Position numbers and translations under genes: made by a program. Source: Tubulanus polymorphus (Eukaryota; Animalia; Nemertea). Taken from it: DNA of 64,000 nucleotides. The notes under the pieces are model-generated. The model did not search any database, was not told the DNA's origin, and saw only the letters and a program-made list of their open reading frames with translations. Below are positions 1 to 13,444 of this stretch, one piece after another. The stretch lies in NCBI RefSeq assembly GCF_964204645.1, contig NC_134026.1:15100150-15164149 (forward strand). Reading direction: 5' to 3'. Position 1 is the first letter of the stretch. Each line of letters begins with the position of its first letter.

Positions 1-898
1 AACCAACATATCAAATCCTAATGAACTGCATAGTATATTTTATCCTGATATAGCAACTTTCCCTTTTTGTATCAAAGATATAGTTTTCTGTTTTGTAAAT
101 TTTTTAGTGCCATCTGCAGCATAGAATCCAATGAAGAACCATTTTCTTAAATTATCTTTTGCATTTAATACATAATCTGGTACTATCTTTTCTTTAGTTG
201 AAGTATTACTTTTCACTATTGCATGAATATAGAATTCATCATTACATTTAATTGCAAAATCTTTAGTATTATTTACTTGTATATTATAAATTGCTGATGA
301 TTTCATAAAATCTATGATTTTAAATGTTTTATTTGGGTAAACTTCTTCACAGTATTTCTTTATTCTTTCTAATAATTTCAAATCTTGATTACATAAATAC
401 CAACAATATTGAGTTTTATTAACATGCTTATACACACCTGCTGAACCATAACCCATAAAAAGATCCTTAAATAAAATATTCTTTTTCTTCCAATGTTTCT
501 GGTTCTATATTACAAATATTATCAATGATTTCATCAAATGACATAGGGTTTATTCTTGGATAAAATCTTTTATGTAATAATTCATCCCCAATTTTTATAT
601 TAGTTGGTTTAATTTCATCACCATTTCGTTTAATTAAGCTATGATCTTCTGTAACATCTACAAACCCTAATTTAGTTCTAACTCTACAGATTTTCTTATT
701 TGTTTTATGCCTAATTATATTCTTTACTTTTTTCCATCCATTTCTTGTCCAATCATCCATTAATCCATTTATTTGTATTAATTCTTTTTCACCATATGAA
801 ATATAGAGTTCATTTTGTTTTGGAATTATTTCTGAAATTCTTCTTATTAATATTTGGTTATTGTATTTTAATAATATTGGGGTATCAGCTGTTACAGA
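1..898 (-). pseudogene. Intein (Hint + LAGLIDADG homing endonuclease) inserted in pPolB motif C; disrupted, C-terminus outside window
   Basis: Extein ...EILYFD is followed by SVTADTPILL (block A) and VTEDHSL (block B TxxH). LAGLIDADG-like helices FMGYGSAG and FFIGFYAADG follow, then a block-H-like LCSSLG. Stop/frameshift near 457-469 and a stop at 40-42. Confidence 0.85.
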
Positions 899-1366
899 AT
901 CAAAATATAATATTTCAATATGCTTTTCCCCGAAAAGTGGTTGTAAAACATTATAATAAAAATCATACATTAATAATTTTGATATTTCTAAAACAGTTGA
1001 ACCAATGAATATAGGTTTATTAAATTTCATTGACGTTCTTTTTAATTTTACCGCGGTTAAATAATCTTCAAATCTTTTATTTCCTAAATGTCTAGGACTT
1101 GATTGTCTTAATCGTTCAGAATCATTTACTAATTCAATATCATTTCTATTTCTAATATTTTCACATGTTTTTCCATAAAAACTATTATTCATTAATTTGA
1201 AGAAATCTTTTTCAAAATCTGTTTTAGATATGGTTCTCTGTTGATTTTTAAAATCTATATTTTTCTAACCACTTCGATTGATTAAATTCCATATATCTAT
1301 GTACTTTCTTTAATTTCATTCCTTGTTTTAGATAAAATTTTAACATTCTATAATGACCAATATAAT
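899..1366 (-). pseudogene. pPolB of Polinton A, palm region
   Basis: HYRMLKFYLKQGM, MNNSFYGKTCENIRNR (motif B) and KPIFIGSTVLEISKLLMYDFYY, with a frameshift near 1250. Closely similar to 51550-52225. Confidence 0.9.
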
Positions 1367-1416
1367 TAGGGTTTTCTGTTACATCACAGAAAACCCTATT
1401 GAGATTCGCGTGTTTC

Positions 1417-1417
<1 letters not shown>

Positions 1418-1451
<34 letters not shown>
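1418..1451 (+). repeat. (ATT)n microsatellite of the HINE
   Basis: About 11 ATT/TTA units directly after the terminal palindrome. Confidence 0.9.
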
Positions 1452-2487
1452 TTTTACCACACATTTTTTGTCAAAAGTACATAGGCTTTTTTACATTACC
1501 GCTGTTGCCGATACAATCCGTCTAATATCATTAAGCTCAGTACGATCTACAAATACTCCGTGCGAATTTTGAAGAATCAACGTTACAAAAGCACTGTCGG
1601 GCCGTAAACATCGAAAATTGAGCCCCATTCAAAGAGCCGACATGTTTTTCTAAGTCGTCTTGCCGAAATCTACCGCACGTTTCTTGTCACATCGATTATC
1701 AATTCAAGCATAAATTAACAAATTTATTACCGAAAGATTGCACATTCTGTCGCGGTTTTTAAAAACTAATTTTAACAGTAACCCATTTTCCTCATCAAAT
1801 TATATTACTGATACACAGGAAATATACTACTTTAGATTTTAAAAGCACTGTCGAGCCGTAAACATCGACAAATCGACGTGTGTCACTACATCGTCGTTCC
1901 GGGAATCAGCTGCGAGTTTCTCCTCATTCTGAGAATCAAATCGAGTACAAATTAATTTATTACTACCAGTGATTTGGCTGCGGGCGTCAAGCAGTTAATT
2001 TAGCAATACCTATTTTTCTTTACCAAATTTACCGTGTTTTTACTAAGATAAATCATAAGTGTACCGGGGAGTCGTAGGCCTTAACTAAACACGCCGAAGA
2101 GATATAGCGGAGAAAAGCTGTTATGTCGACGAGGTATCAAAATAAAAGAATACATTACTTTATTCGGCCGCGGCCCTCTATATCAATACCATCAATACTC
2201 TATATTTCCTACAGTACATACCGATCATTGTCAAATCCACAAGGTATTTACTGAATACAAGTATATAACACACTCCTATCCGTATGCTGGACTCACACTT
2301 GACATTCGGAGTAAGCGTTCGCAGTGGGGGAAAGGAGATCGTTCGCTGTGTCGCTTGAAGTGTTTATCGAGTTTTACGCGACCTTAAAGCTTTAGTATGG
2401 TGGCTGATAAGATAAAAAAACACGAATATGCAAATAAGGGCGACATTACGACAAAACGACAAAACTAAAATAACGCGAGAAAACAAT

Positions 2488-5057
2488 GATTTTGATTTTG
2501 TCGCCCGCGACAATTCATTATTTTGGTTTTATCGCCCACGACCATTCATTACTTTGGTTTTATCGCCAGCGACAATGCATTATTTTGGTTTTGTCGCCCC
2601 CGACAATTCTTCTTTTTGGTTTTTTCGCCCGCGACAATTCATTATTTTGGTTTTATATTTTGTTTTTGTCGCCCGCGAAATTTTTCTTTTTTGGTTTTGC
2701 CGCCTGCGACAATTCAATATTTTGATTTTATCGCCCGAGACAATTCAATATTTTGGTTTTATCGCCCGCGATAATTCATTATTTTGGTTTTGTCGCCTGA
2801 GAAAATTCATTATTTTGGTTTTATCACCCGCGACAATTCACCATTTTGGTTTTGTCGCCCGCGACAATTCACCACTTTGGTTTTGTCGCCCGCGACAATT
2901 CATTATTTTGGTTTTATCGCCCGCGACAATTCATTATTTTGGTTTCATCGCCCGCGACAATTCATTATTTTGGTTTTGTCGCCCCGACAATTCTTTTTTT
3001 GGTTTTGTCGCCCGCGATAATTCATTAGTTTGGTTTTGTCGCCCGCGACAATTCAATATTTTTTTATTTTATCGCCCGCGATAATTCATTATTTTGGTTT
3101 TATCGCCCGCGACAATTCATAACTTTGGTTTTATCGCCAGCGACAATGCATTATTTTGGTTTTGTCGCCCCCGACAATTCTATTTTTGGTTTTGTCGCCC
3201 GCGATAATTCATTAGTTTGGTTTTGTCGCCCACGACAATTCAATATTTTTTTATTTTATCGCCCGCGATAATTCATTATTTTGGTTTTATCGCCCACGAC
3301 AATTCATTACTTTGGTTTTATCGCCAGCGACAATGCATTATTTTGGTTTTGTCGCCCCCGACAATTCTTCTCTTTGGTTTTTTCGCCCGCGACAATTCAT
3401 TATTTTGGTTTTATATTTTGTTTTTGTCGCCCGCGAAATTTTTCTTTTTTGGTTTTGCCGCCTGCGACAATTCAATATTTTGATTTTATCGCCCGAGACA
3501 ATTCAATATTTTGGTTTTATCGCCCGCGATAATTCATTATTTTGGTTTTGTCGCCTGAGAAAATTCATTATTTTGGTTTTATCACCCGCGACAATTCACC
3601 ATTTTGGTTTTGTCGCCTGCGACAATTCACCACTTTGGTTTTGTCGCCCGCGACAATTCATTATTTTGGTTTTATCGCCCGCGACAATTCATTATTTTGG
3701 TTTTATCGCCCGCGACAATTCATTATTTTGGTTTTATCGCCCGCGACAATTCATTATTTTGGTTTTGTCGCCCCGACAATTCTTTTTTTGGTTTTGTCGC
3801 CCGCGATAATTCATTAGTTTGGTTTTGTCGCCCGCGACAATTCAATATTTTTTTATTTTATCGCCCGCGATAATTCATTATTTTGGTTTTATCGCCCGCG
3901 ACAATTCATTATTTTGGTTTTGTCGGCCGTGGCAATTCATTATTTTAGTTTTATCGCCCGCGACAATTCATTATTTTGGTTTTATCGCCCGCGACAATTC
4001 AATATTTTGGTTTTGTCGCCCGCGACAATTCAATATTTTGGTTTTGTCGCCCGCGACAATTCACCATTTTGATTTTGTCGCCTGGACAATTCACCATTTT
4101 GGTTTTGTCGCCCGCGACAATTCATTGTTTGTGTTTTGTCCCCCGACAATTCTTTTTTTGGTTTTGTCGCCCGTGACAATTCATTAGTTTGGTTTTGTCG
4201 CCCGCGACAATTCAATATTTTGGTTTTATCGCCCACGACAATTCATTACTTTGGTTTTATCTCCAGTGACAATTCATTATTTTGGTTTTGTCGGCCGTGG
4301 CAATTCATTATTTTAGTTTTATCGCCCGCGACAATTCATTATTTTGGTTTTATCGCCCGCGACAATTCAATATTTTGGTTTTGTCGCCCGCGACAATTCA
4401 ATATTTTGGTTTTGTCGCCCGCGACAATTCACCATTTTGATTTTGTCGCCTGGACAATTCACCATTTTGGTTTTGTCGCCCGCGACAATTCATTGTTTGT
4501 GTTTTGTCCCCCCGACAATTCTTTTTTTGGTTTTGTCGCCCGTGACAATTCATTAGTTTGGTTTTGTCGCCCGCGACGATTCAATATTTTGGTTTTATCG
4601 CCCACGACAATTCATTACTTTGGTTTTATCTCCAGCGACAATTCATTATTTTGGTTTTGTCGCCCGCGACAATTCTTGTTTTTGACGCCCGCGACAATTC
4701 ATTATTTTGGTTTTATACTTTGTTTTTGTCACCTGCGACAATTTTTTTTGGTTTTGTCGCCCGCGACAATTCAATATTTTGGTTTTGTCGCCCGCGACAA
4801 TTCATTATTTTGGTTTTATCGCCCGCGACAATTCAATATTTTGGTTTTATCGCCCGCGATAATTCATTATTTTGGTTTTATCGCCCGCGACAATTCAATA
4901 TTTTGTTTTTATCGTCCGCGACAATTCATTAAAATTTTGGTTTTGTCGCCCGAGACAATTCATTATTTTGGTTTTATCACCCGCGACAATTCATTATTTT
5001 GGTTTTGTCGCCCGCGACAATTCATTATTTTGGTTTTATCGCCCGAGACAATTCATT
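2488..5057. repeat. 31-bp satellite array (consensus ATTTTGGTTTTRTCGCCCGCGACAATTCATT)
   Basis: About 80 tandem 30-31 bp units, with higher-order blocks repeated at 758 bp (2523 vs 3281) and 368 bp (3976 vs 4344). All ORFs here are repeat artefacts. Confidence 0.97.
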
Positions 5058-5083
5058 AATTTCATTAATTGCTAATGACTTAA

Positions 5084-5406
5084 GCCGGACGTAGGTCGGC
5101 TTTGCGACGGCTTGTGACTGCGACGCCATTCGCCAGCGACGATTGTGTCGCAACGACTCCTCGACCTACGCTCCCTTGCGACGGGTTGCGACTGTCAGCA
5201 ACGCCAGTCACAAGGAGTCGCACGTGTTCTGCGACGTTCTTCTTTCTGCGACGCGACACGACTGTCACAACCGACCTACACGCTCTTGCGACTGGCAGAA
5301 ACTAGTCGTACACAGTCGCTGACAATCGTATCGCAACCGACTTGCGCCGAAACTTACGATGCAACGCGAGGATCGCATCGCGACGCAAGGCCGAACTACG
5401 TCCGGC
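5084..5406. mobile_element. MITE with ~25-bp TIRs flanked by TTAA
   Basis: TTAA|GCCGGACGTAGGTCGGCTTTGCG ... CGCAAGGCCGAACTACGTCCGGC|TTAA. The TSD could be TTAA or TA; superfamily not resolved. Confidence 0.8.
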
Positions 5407-5890
5407 TTAAGGTTACTGCGGAGCCCCAGAAATATCTTTTTTTTCGTTCATAGGACCTTTCGCTTAAAAATTCTTTCGTCGGAACAAAATTTATTTCGTT
5501 CCAACAAATAATATTCTGTTCGATTGAACCAATTTGAAAAAATCGTTAGACCATCAGAACATCAAGTTTTTCGTTCGAACAAGTATATTGTCAAAAGTTT
5601 TTTCTCCAAACCAAAATTATTAAGTATTTCGTTCAATTGTACAGAATTGTTATCATTCAAACATTCATTCCAAAAAATTGTTTTTGATCAACCAAATTTT
5701 TTTAACCGGGACAAAGTTTTTCATTTCAACAATAACATAGCTTTTTATTCGAACACATTTTTTGTCAGAATGAAGAAAAGTTTTGGTTCAAACAAAAAGC
5801 GTATTGTTTGATCAAACAGAATTGTTTTCATTCGAACACGATTTTCTTGTCGGAACATTAAGTTTTTTGGTCGAACAGCGTGTGAAGGTC

Positions 5891-6080
5891 ACGACAATTC
5901 AAGATTTTGGTTTTATCGCCCGCGACAATTCATTTTTTGGTTTTGTCGCCCGCGACAATTCAATATTTTGGTTTTATCGCCAGCGACAATTGATTATTTT
6001 GGTTTTATCGCCCACGACAATTGATTATTTTGGTTTAAACGCCCGCTTCGACAATTCATTCTTTTGGTTTTGTCGCCCAC
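5891..6080. repeat. Continuation of the 31-bp satellite
   Basis: About 6 further units of the same consensus. Confidence 0.9.
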
Positions 6081-6087
6081 TTTATTA

Positions 6088-7030
6088 GCTATATATCGCG
6101 ATATATCGTGTCAAGTCGACATGAATATGTCGACATATCGTGACGTTTTCACGACAAATTTCGCTTTTTTACGGAAGCGATAAAAGGCCTCGAGATGTCG
6201 CGTTCCAACTCGACAAGTCGCCATATTTATGTCGGCATACCGCGATATATCGCGTCAAGTCGACATGAATATGTCGATATATCGTGACGTTTTGACGACA
6301 ACTCGAGGCCCTTTATCGCTTCCGTACTTTTTCGCCCATTTTCCACGGGACAAGCCGTCATTTGAAGACACGTTGAAATGTAAGATGAGGACGCCAGTAA
6401 TATGGCGACTGTACGGAAGCGATGAAGGGCCTCGAGTTGTCGTGTTCAAACTCGACAAGTCGCCATATTCATGTCGATATATCGCGATATATCGCGTCAA
6501 GTCGACATGAATATGTCGACATATCGTGACGTTTTCACGACAAACTTCGCTTTTTTGCCCATTTTCCACAGGACAAGCCGTCATTTGAAGACATGTCTAA
6601 ATGTAAGATGAGGACGCCAGTGATATGACGACTGAGTTTCAAGTCGTCATGAATATGTCGACTTGTCGCGAGGAAAATGGTCATGAGAACGAAATATGTC
6701 GTCAAAACGTCACGATATGTCGACATATTGATGTTGACTTGACGCGATATATCGCGGTATGTCGACATAAATATGGCGATTTGTCGAGTTGGAACGCGAC
6801 ATCTCAAGGCCCCTTATCGCTTCCGTACGACTGAGTTTCAAGTCGTCATGAATATGTCGAATTGTTGCGAGGAATATGGTTGAGAAAACGAAATATGTCG
6901 TCAAAACGTCACAATATGTCGACATATTCATGTCGACTTGAAGCGATATATCGCGATATGTCGACATAAATATGGCGACTTTGTCGAGTTGGAACGCGAC
7001 AACTCGAGGCCCCTTATGGCTTCCGTACTT
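6088..7030. repeat. Foldback-like repeat: tandem CpG-rich units followed by the same units inverted
   Basis: ATATCGCGTCAAGTCGACATGAATATGTCGACATATCGTGACGTTTT at ~6100, 6248 and 6489; its reverse complement at ~6705 and 6903. Confidence 0.8.
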
Positions 7031-7918
7031 CCGTATATATGGGACCCGTACAAAACCGTCGCGACCTTTTATCACGACGAAATTATGTCGAACAAATTTG
7101 ATACATCGCGATTTATCGACATAATTAAGTCGATATATCGTGTTAATATCACGATAAATCGTTATACGGATCACGCCTTTCACCAATCTCGACGTCTGTA
7201 TCTCAACATAACCGCGTACCGTCGACATAATTATCACCCCTTTAGCTAAAATGTCGTGATACGTATGGCAATTTATTGAGACAATATCGCAAAAAATTCG
7301 ACATAAAAATCACGACATTTTAAATAAGGTCTTCCTAGTTACATCGATATATTGAGATAGTTAACATAATTTCAATAAGGGGACGCATACTTAATGATGT
7401 TTAATGTTAGATGAATATGAAAGAAGAAATGAAGTTGGCAGAAAAATTAAAATGACTTTATCATCACCAGAATCTGGTGGACATATTGAATGTTGGGGTT
7501 CAGGTAGAATACCCCAAATGCTGGGGCACAATAATAGTGTTCGGTACATGGTCAATGAACTAAATAGGTCATTCGCATCAATACTTTGTCACAATTGATT
7601 TGCGGTATATTTTGGATTACTGTGTATGTCATTTGTCAGGACATGAAACAGTAGAAGACTTAGGATACTACCTAGCGTGACTCCACTACTTAGAACTTAT
7701 TCCAAGATGAGGCGTTCCGTTGATTTTGGCTATTTTGGTTTTCGTTCAGAGATAACTGCTGAGCCATTTGGGCGACCTATCATTGATACTGTTTCCTAAT
7801 AGCCTGTTTAGTTAGTAATGGCTGATGTTGTGCCTTATCAAATGCTTTGTCGAAATCCACCGATGAACAGGATTCTAAGACAGCAGAAAACCCGTTATCG
7901 CTGCTTTGCAGCTATATT

Positions 7919-10900
7919 TGTATTTATTATTTTGAGTAAGTATTAATTTTTCTGTATAAACATGATCTTTCGGTTTTATTTTCTTCTGGTATTCACTTAA
8001 ATAACTATCATCAACGGCTAAATGTTCTGGGCAATATGGTAAGTTTCTTGTTTTAAACTTTATGTTATCAGGATATTCTTAATCAACTACAAAGAAATTA
8101 CCAATTGTTGCTTCATCTTCTAAACTCATAATTGCGCTTTTCCAATTCGTTTTATCATCATTTTCAACTTCTGCTAATATAAAATTTTTGTATGGTTGAG
8201 GTTGCATCATTTGCCCAACCATATAAATTATTGGCATCAATATATAATAATTTATATTCATCATTTGCTTTAAAATGTCTATCTCCCATAACACCACTAA
8301 TTCCACCTCTAATTGATTTTTCAAATAATAAAACCATGTCTGGTTCTTTTAATAAATCTAATTCTACATTTGTATATTTTAAACCACATTGCCAAGTTAA
8401 ACCAGGACTTGAATAACAAAAGCAGGGATCAACATTAAAATGATTCAAATTAACTTCTCTAAATTTTTCAAATATGTCAGTCAATATCATAACATCTGAT
8501 TCCAAGTATAAATCTACTAATTCACCATGATTTTCTATCATAAAATGATTCCAAATATTCAATGTTCTATTAGAAACTTCATCTTTCACATACTCCTCTT
8601 TTAATTGATCATAAAATTGTTCTTTTAATAATTCTGTTACATTAAAATCATCATGTGTTTTATAAAACGAATAAGGAATTGCGCCTTTATATCTCAATAA
8701 TTTAAAATCTTGTTCATTTGGATAATAATGTCGAGTTATTATAAAATCATTATCAACTAAATTTTTGCTAAATTATCTAATGAACTTGCTAGAAATCTAT
8801 AAGAATCTAAAAATCTAATGCAACCAAATTGAAATGAAATATAATTTTCAGATGTCTTAGCTAATAGTTTAAAATCATATTTTCTTACATTTGCTTCATT
8901 CATAGCATTATATTCTTCTATTTCTTGATTAATTGCGCCCAATTTTCCTGATAATTGTTTTATAAATAGATGGGTATCATAGCCTGATAATTTATGAAAT
9001 AATATTGGTACGAAATTAGCTTTCTTAGCTTGTAAATTGCAATCTTCATGAGCAGCGCCACGGTATTTTGAATTTAAATGATCGTGATCTCTAACTTTTT
9101 TATCAAATGAATAAAAACGTTTTTCACAGTAACAACAATGAGTTGCATAATCAAAATCAATTTCATCTTCTTTTTTCATAACTATTCTTTTATTTTTGTT
9201 TAATAATTGTGCGAAATCACTTTCTAATTCAATTATTTTGTTACAAAAATCATTAACTACATCTTCACCTCTAAAAGAAATATATTAACTTTCATATAAT
9301 TCAGGATAATTTGATTTTATATAAATTCCATAAGCAGCAGCTCTTTGATGAACTTTTTAAATTGTATTTATAATTGGTGGGTCTTGAATTATATCTTCAT
9401 TTAGTTCATTTTCTTTATCCATTGATTTTAAAAATAGTTTTTTGTTATATATTTCTTTTCTATCTTGATCAGTTAATTCTTTATTCAACGATTCAAAATC
9501 CCCATAAATTACAAATGGAACAATATTTTTAAATTTATGATTAGTAAATTTCAACTTACAATCTTTTTTTGTTGGCATTATTAATTTACAAAAATCTTTA
9601 TTATCACATAATTCTTTATGTTTTAGTAACGCATTTTCTGTCATAAATTTAGATAAACATTTTCTACGTAGATAAATTTTATTATGATGGTCACTTTCTT
9701 TTCTAAAGAATAAATCAATTTGTTTTAACCACATATAATGTTCATTTTCATCTTTTTTGTAATATAACAAATCTATAACATTTTCATCATCATAATATTC
9801 TGTTAAATATAAAGCTTCTAATGTATAATCTTTAATATTTTCACCTTTTGTATCTGGTAATTGCATTAATTCGAATACATTTATTTTTAAATTATTAACT
9901 TTTTCTATTTTAGGAATAATTTTTATAGTTACTGGATATTGATCAATTTTATATAATGTTTCATATTTCCGGTAATTTGTTTTTCTACAAACATGTTCTT
10001 CTGTTGCGTGTAAGCAACTAATAATTGACCATAGAAACATTTACTATCTTCATTTTGAACATTTATTACTGCTTTTGTTGTAAATGGATGCGTTAATATC
10101 CTTTTCTGTTGTAAAGTTTGAATCATTTTTAAACATTTTATTACTTTTTGATGTTTTATTTCTTTTTGTATTATAAACATTCAAATATAAAAATATAATT
10201 TCATTTAATGATAAGCCAGAACCCTCAAAATATCTTTCCTCAATATGACGTTTAAATTCATTAAATATTTTTTCTAATTTCGCTTTTATTTGTGTTTTTG
10301 ATATTGTTTCTTCACAGTGTGTTTGAATATTATAATCCATTTTTTCTTCTGATTTTACAAAACTTACTTTCCCAGAGATACTAATTTTTGGATATTCAAC
10401 ATCTGTAATAAAGTCCATTATTTTTTCCATGATTTCAATAAATTTACTATAATCTTCTATTGTTGCTCCTTTAAAAAATCTAAATATAATAGCTGCTGGT
10501 CCAATATTACTACGTAATGTTTCTAAAATTTCAATTGTATCTTTTATTTCTAGTGAATCGATATAATTTCTTACATTTTCCATGTAAGGTTTATTTGAAA
10601 TAGATTTAGTTTTTGAAACTGGTTTTTTTACTTGTTGAGGTTTATTATCAAAATAATCTGTTCCTAAAACATTATTACTTAAATTTTGTTTGTGTTTTTG
10701 CGATTCGAGATGTCTTTTATAATTCCTTTTTGCTATAAATTCATTACAAACTTCACATTTTATTTCATCCATATTCATATTTTCTAATTGTTCTTTTCTT
10801 TCATTGGAATTTTCTGGAGTTTCAAAATCTATAACATTTTTTATATGATTTGCAGTTTTTTCATGTCGTGCTTTATGAGATTTATCAATGTATTTTTTAC

Positions 10901-10940
10901 AACATGTACAATAATATTGATTTTCATTAACATCATTGTT
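7919..10940 (-). pseudogene. pPolB of Polinton A, N-terminal/exonuclease/motif A part (multiple stops and frameshifts)
   Basis: C2H2-like fingers (CEVC...HLESQKH), IYGDFES (exo I), CCYC...DHDHL...GAAHEDCNL (endonuclease VII-like), RFLDSYRF, and YIDANNLYGWAM (motif A). Confidence 0.9.
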
Positions 10941-11499
10941 TTCTGTCTGGTACTCACTATCTCCAATTTATTAGGGAAAAAAATTACCCGTGGTGATGAG
11001 TGGTGTGTCGCCCTCTCGCCCTCTGGTCTGAAACCCTGATATTCCAATTACTGGTACATTGTATATTCTTTTGGTCTTTTTAATTTATCTCACCTAAATC
11101 TATTCAATCCGTTTGTGTAAGCCTACAGTATTAGTACACTGTTGGGACAAATGGAAAACATGGCATAATAACGAAATTGGCATTATAAAGAATGGAACTT
11201 TCATCAAATTTGGGTTAGATTGGGCAAATTTGTTCTCTGAAATGGCATTTAGTGAGCAATGGCAATAAAAAGGATCGCATTATAATGAACTTTGAATTTA
11301 ATAACTATAAGGAAGAGGGCCTACCTGATTCATTAACTACTGCAGCGGCTGATGTCCAACGATGTGAATTTGCATTTACTGTTGAAATGTAGGTCGTGTC
11401 AGTACCTTGAAGAACACTGCCAGCATACTGTTGAATACACGTATGCAATTGAATGAAATTTGTTAAACAATGATCAATAATATTGAAATTAAACAAATC

Positions 11500-12385
11500 A
11501 ATCCTACCAAAATAGTCAGCATGCCACAACTATGCCCATCAAGTTGTTTCTGGTGAGGCGGTTCAATTATGGACCATTCAATATCATCAATGTCATGTCT
11601 AACAAGGGCTGTGGCTCAGTAAGTCAAGTAAGACCTTCTATTGAGATGAGCAACAGTTTGGAAATTATACATACAGTAATACATTGACATCGATAGAGAA
11701 TGAATAACGCAGTTTTCATAATGATTTCTTACTTAATATTCTTCAGTGCTTGAGCTTTTTGAAAATCAGATGCTCCAAATGGATCAAGGTAGACGATTTC
11801 ATAATTTGTGGGCTTGATCATCTAATATGAATAAAAAATGCATAATTTCTAAATACTTAATATTTGACAAATAAAAACCGAAATTATCAAATAATTATAA
11901 TCCTACTTACTACCAGAACCCAATGATTACCATCCTTGTTATAGCCGCCAATGATCATATCTTTGTTTTCAAAATTTATCTAGTTATCAAATAGATTTTA
12001 TGAAAGACAGCTCAAGAGTAAATGAAAAACAAGAAAAGTTATCGAAATACTACATACTTTCTTGAATAGACTATATTTGTATCGTGACAATCGGGGTTAT
12101 TATATAAGAATCAACAACCATACAGTCATACATACTTTTTCAGCTTCAAGGGCTAGAGCCATGTTTATCACCTGAAAAAAGAGTAAAACATATTGATATA
12201 AAGTTCAATGAAAAAATGCACATGGGATGATTTATTAGCCAGTAACAATACATGTTGTCTAGAACTGTATGAGATACTAATACAAACAAGAGTTTTAAGA
12301 TCTTCCAAAACAACACACAACTTACCTCACTAGTAACATAGGAATTTAATTTCAAGGACCGCAATCCCTCATCGGTCAAGAGATG
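11500..12385 (-). pseudogene. Intron-containing Ulp1/SENP-like (C48) cysteine protease relic
   Basis: Exons bounded by GT..AG encode SLKLNSYVTSE/VINMAL, IIGGYNKD(G)NHWVLV (His; frameshifted), IVYLDPFG (Asp) and PHQKQLDGHSCG (Gln/Cys). Confidence 0.72.
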
Positions 12386-12519
12386 ACTTATAAGTTTTTT
12401 AAGTATTTTGTTATTTTCCTGTTACGTGTTTCCACTGTATCCAAATGTAAAATAAATACTATACCTGCATATGCTATAGGACAGTTTCAGACAATTCGGT
12501 GGGATCATATGAGCTAGTT

Positions 12520-13444
12520 TTCGCTGGAAAAGGTGGTGGTAGTCATTCCGTGGACATCCAGAAATCGTGCTCAAAGCCCGAACTGCATTCGCTTTGCTGG
12601 GACTTTTTTTTCTTGGTGGTCGATCAAACACTCAGAAGTTAGATTCCAAGTACCTAGATTCGTTCCTTGCCAATTTTACTGGCAAAGAAATACATGACAC
12701 TCTTGAGTAAGGACAATCATATTCTGTTGCGTCCTACTTGGATGAACAGTGGACATCAGTGCCAAGAATTTACATGCATACAAAGGTAATCAAGTCTGAA
12801 TTATTTACTTAACTCCATACTTTCAGTTTTAGCATAGGAATATGGTATCTTATATCTTATTCCAGGTGCGCATGGATGGTGAAGAAGTGACCGCAGAAAC
12901 TGCACAGGCCAGTGTCATTGAGACCATTGAGCACGTGGTTGGAGCAAACGCCATTATTGAAAGCTCTAGGCAACTTGATGCCTTAAGTACTGGGAACATT
13001 TTTGAAAGAATTGACCAATCCGGTGTGGCTGAAACTACAGGAAGACTAAGCAACGACAGAAACGTTTCTCGCAACTGAGTATCTAGCTTCTGGTAACTTG
13101 GAGCAGCCTGATACGCCCACTATATCATTCCGGGTACCAGTATCAACTACTTACCATGAACCCCTATTGCCAGATGAGTTACCAGATCTTCCCTCATCAG
13201 ACGAGTTACCAGATATTCCCTCTGTGGATTTTCAGGGTGTTCCAGATTACACTATTCTAATCCGTAGAGCGGCGGTATTAAATGATATGTTAATTGCCTT
13301 TTCTGATCATGATATCCTTGGCAAGAATGTTGTTGCTCGCCTGATATAACCGAATGGGGATTTGGAAATGGGTGAAGGGAATGGAGTGTTTGCGGATGTC
13401 CTCAGTGATTTTTGGGATGAGCTCAAAAAACAAATGGGTGGCAA
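12520..13444 (+). pseudogene. HECT-domain (G2E3-like) gene relic, truncated by BEL LTR
   Basis: GKGGGSHSVDI...WDFFF.GG segment, then ILIRRAAVLNDMLIAF...*PNGDLEMGEGNGVFADVLSDFWDE, which resembles the start of a HECT N-lobe. Contains stops. Confidence 0.55.

Larger units (their letters stand above)
1367..7918 (+). mobile_element. Non-autonomous Helentron-type element (HINE/DINE-like) with nested repeats, inserted in pPolB
   Basis: One end has the palindrome AGGGTTTTCTGT-TACATC-ACAGAAAACCCT plus (ATT)n. The other end has CAGAAAACCCG plus hairpin GCTGC-TTT-GCAGC-TATATT. Inserted in a T-rich site with no TSD; removing it restores polB KYNYIGHY. Confidence 0.72.
1..11052 (-). mobile_element. Polinton/Maverick element A (degraded; runs off window start; interrupted by 1367-7918 insertion)
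   Basis: Fragmented protein-primed PolB ORFs on minus. Terminus ...TGAAACCCTGATATTCCAATTACT ends at 11052 (5'-AGTAAT on minus) and is homologous to ends at 34615 and 47311. Confidence 0.88.

Noticed and set aside
2428-5075. Many overlapping ORFs, and a possible CRISPR-like array
   Set aside because: These are translations of a 31-bp tandem satellite. There are no unique spacers and no cas genes, and the context is eukaryotic.
10990-11052. GTGATGAG...GAAAC in Polinton termini as a hammerhead
   Set aside because: Starts GTGA rather than CTGA and the intervening sequence does not form stem II; better explained as terminal repeat sequence.
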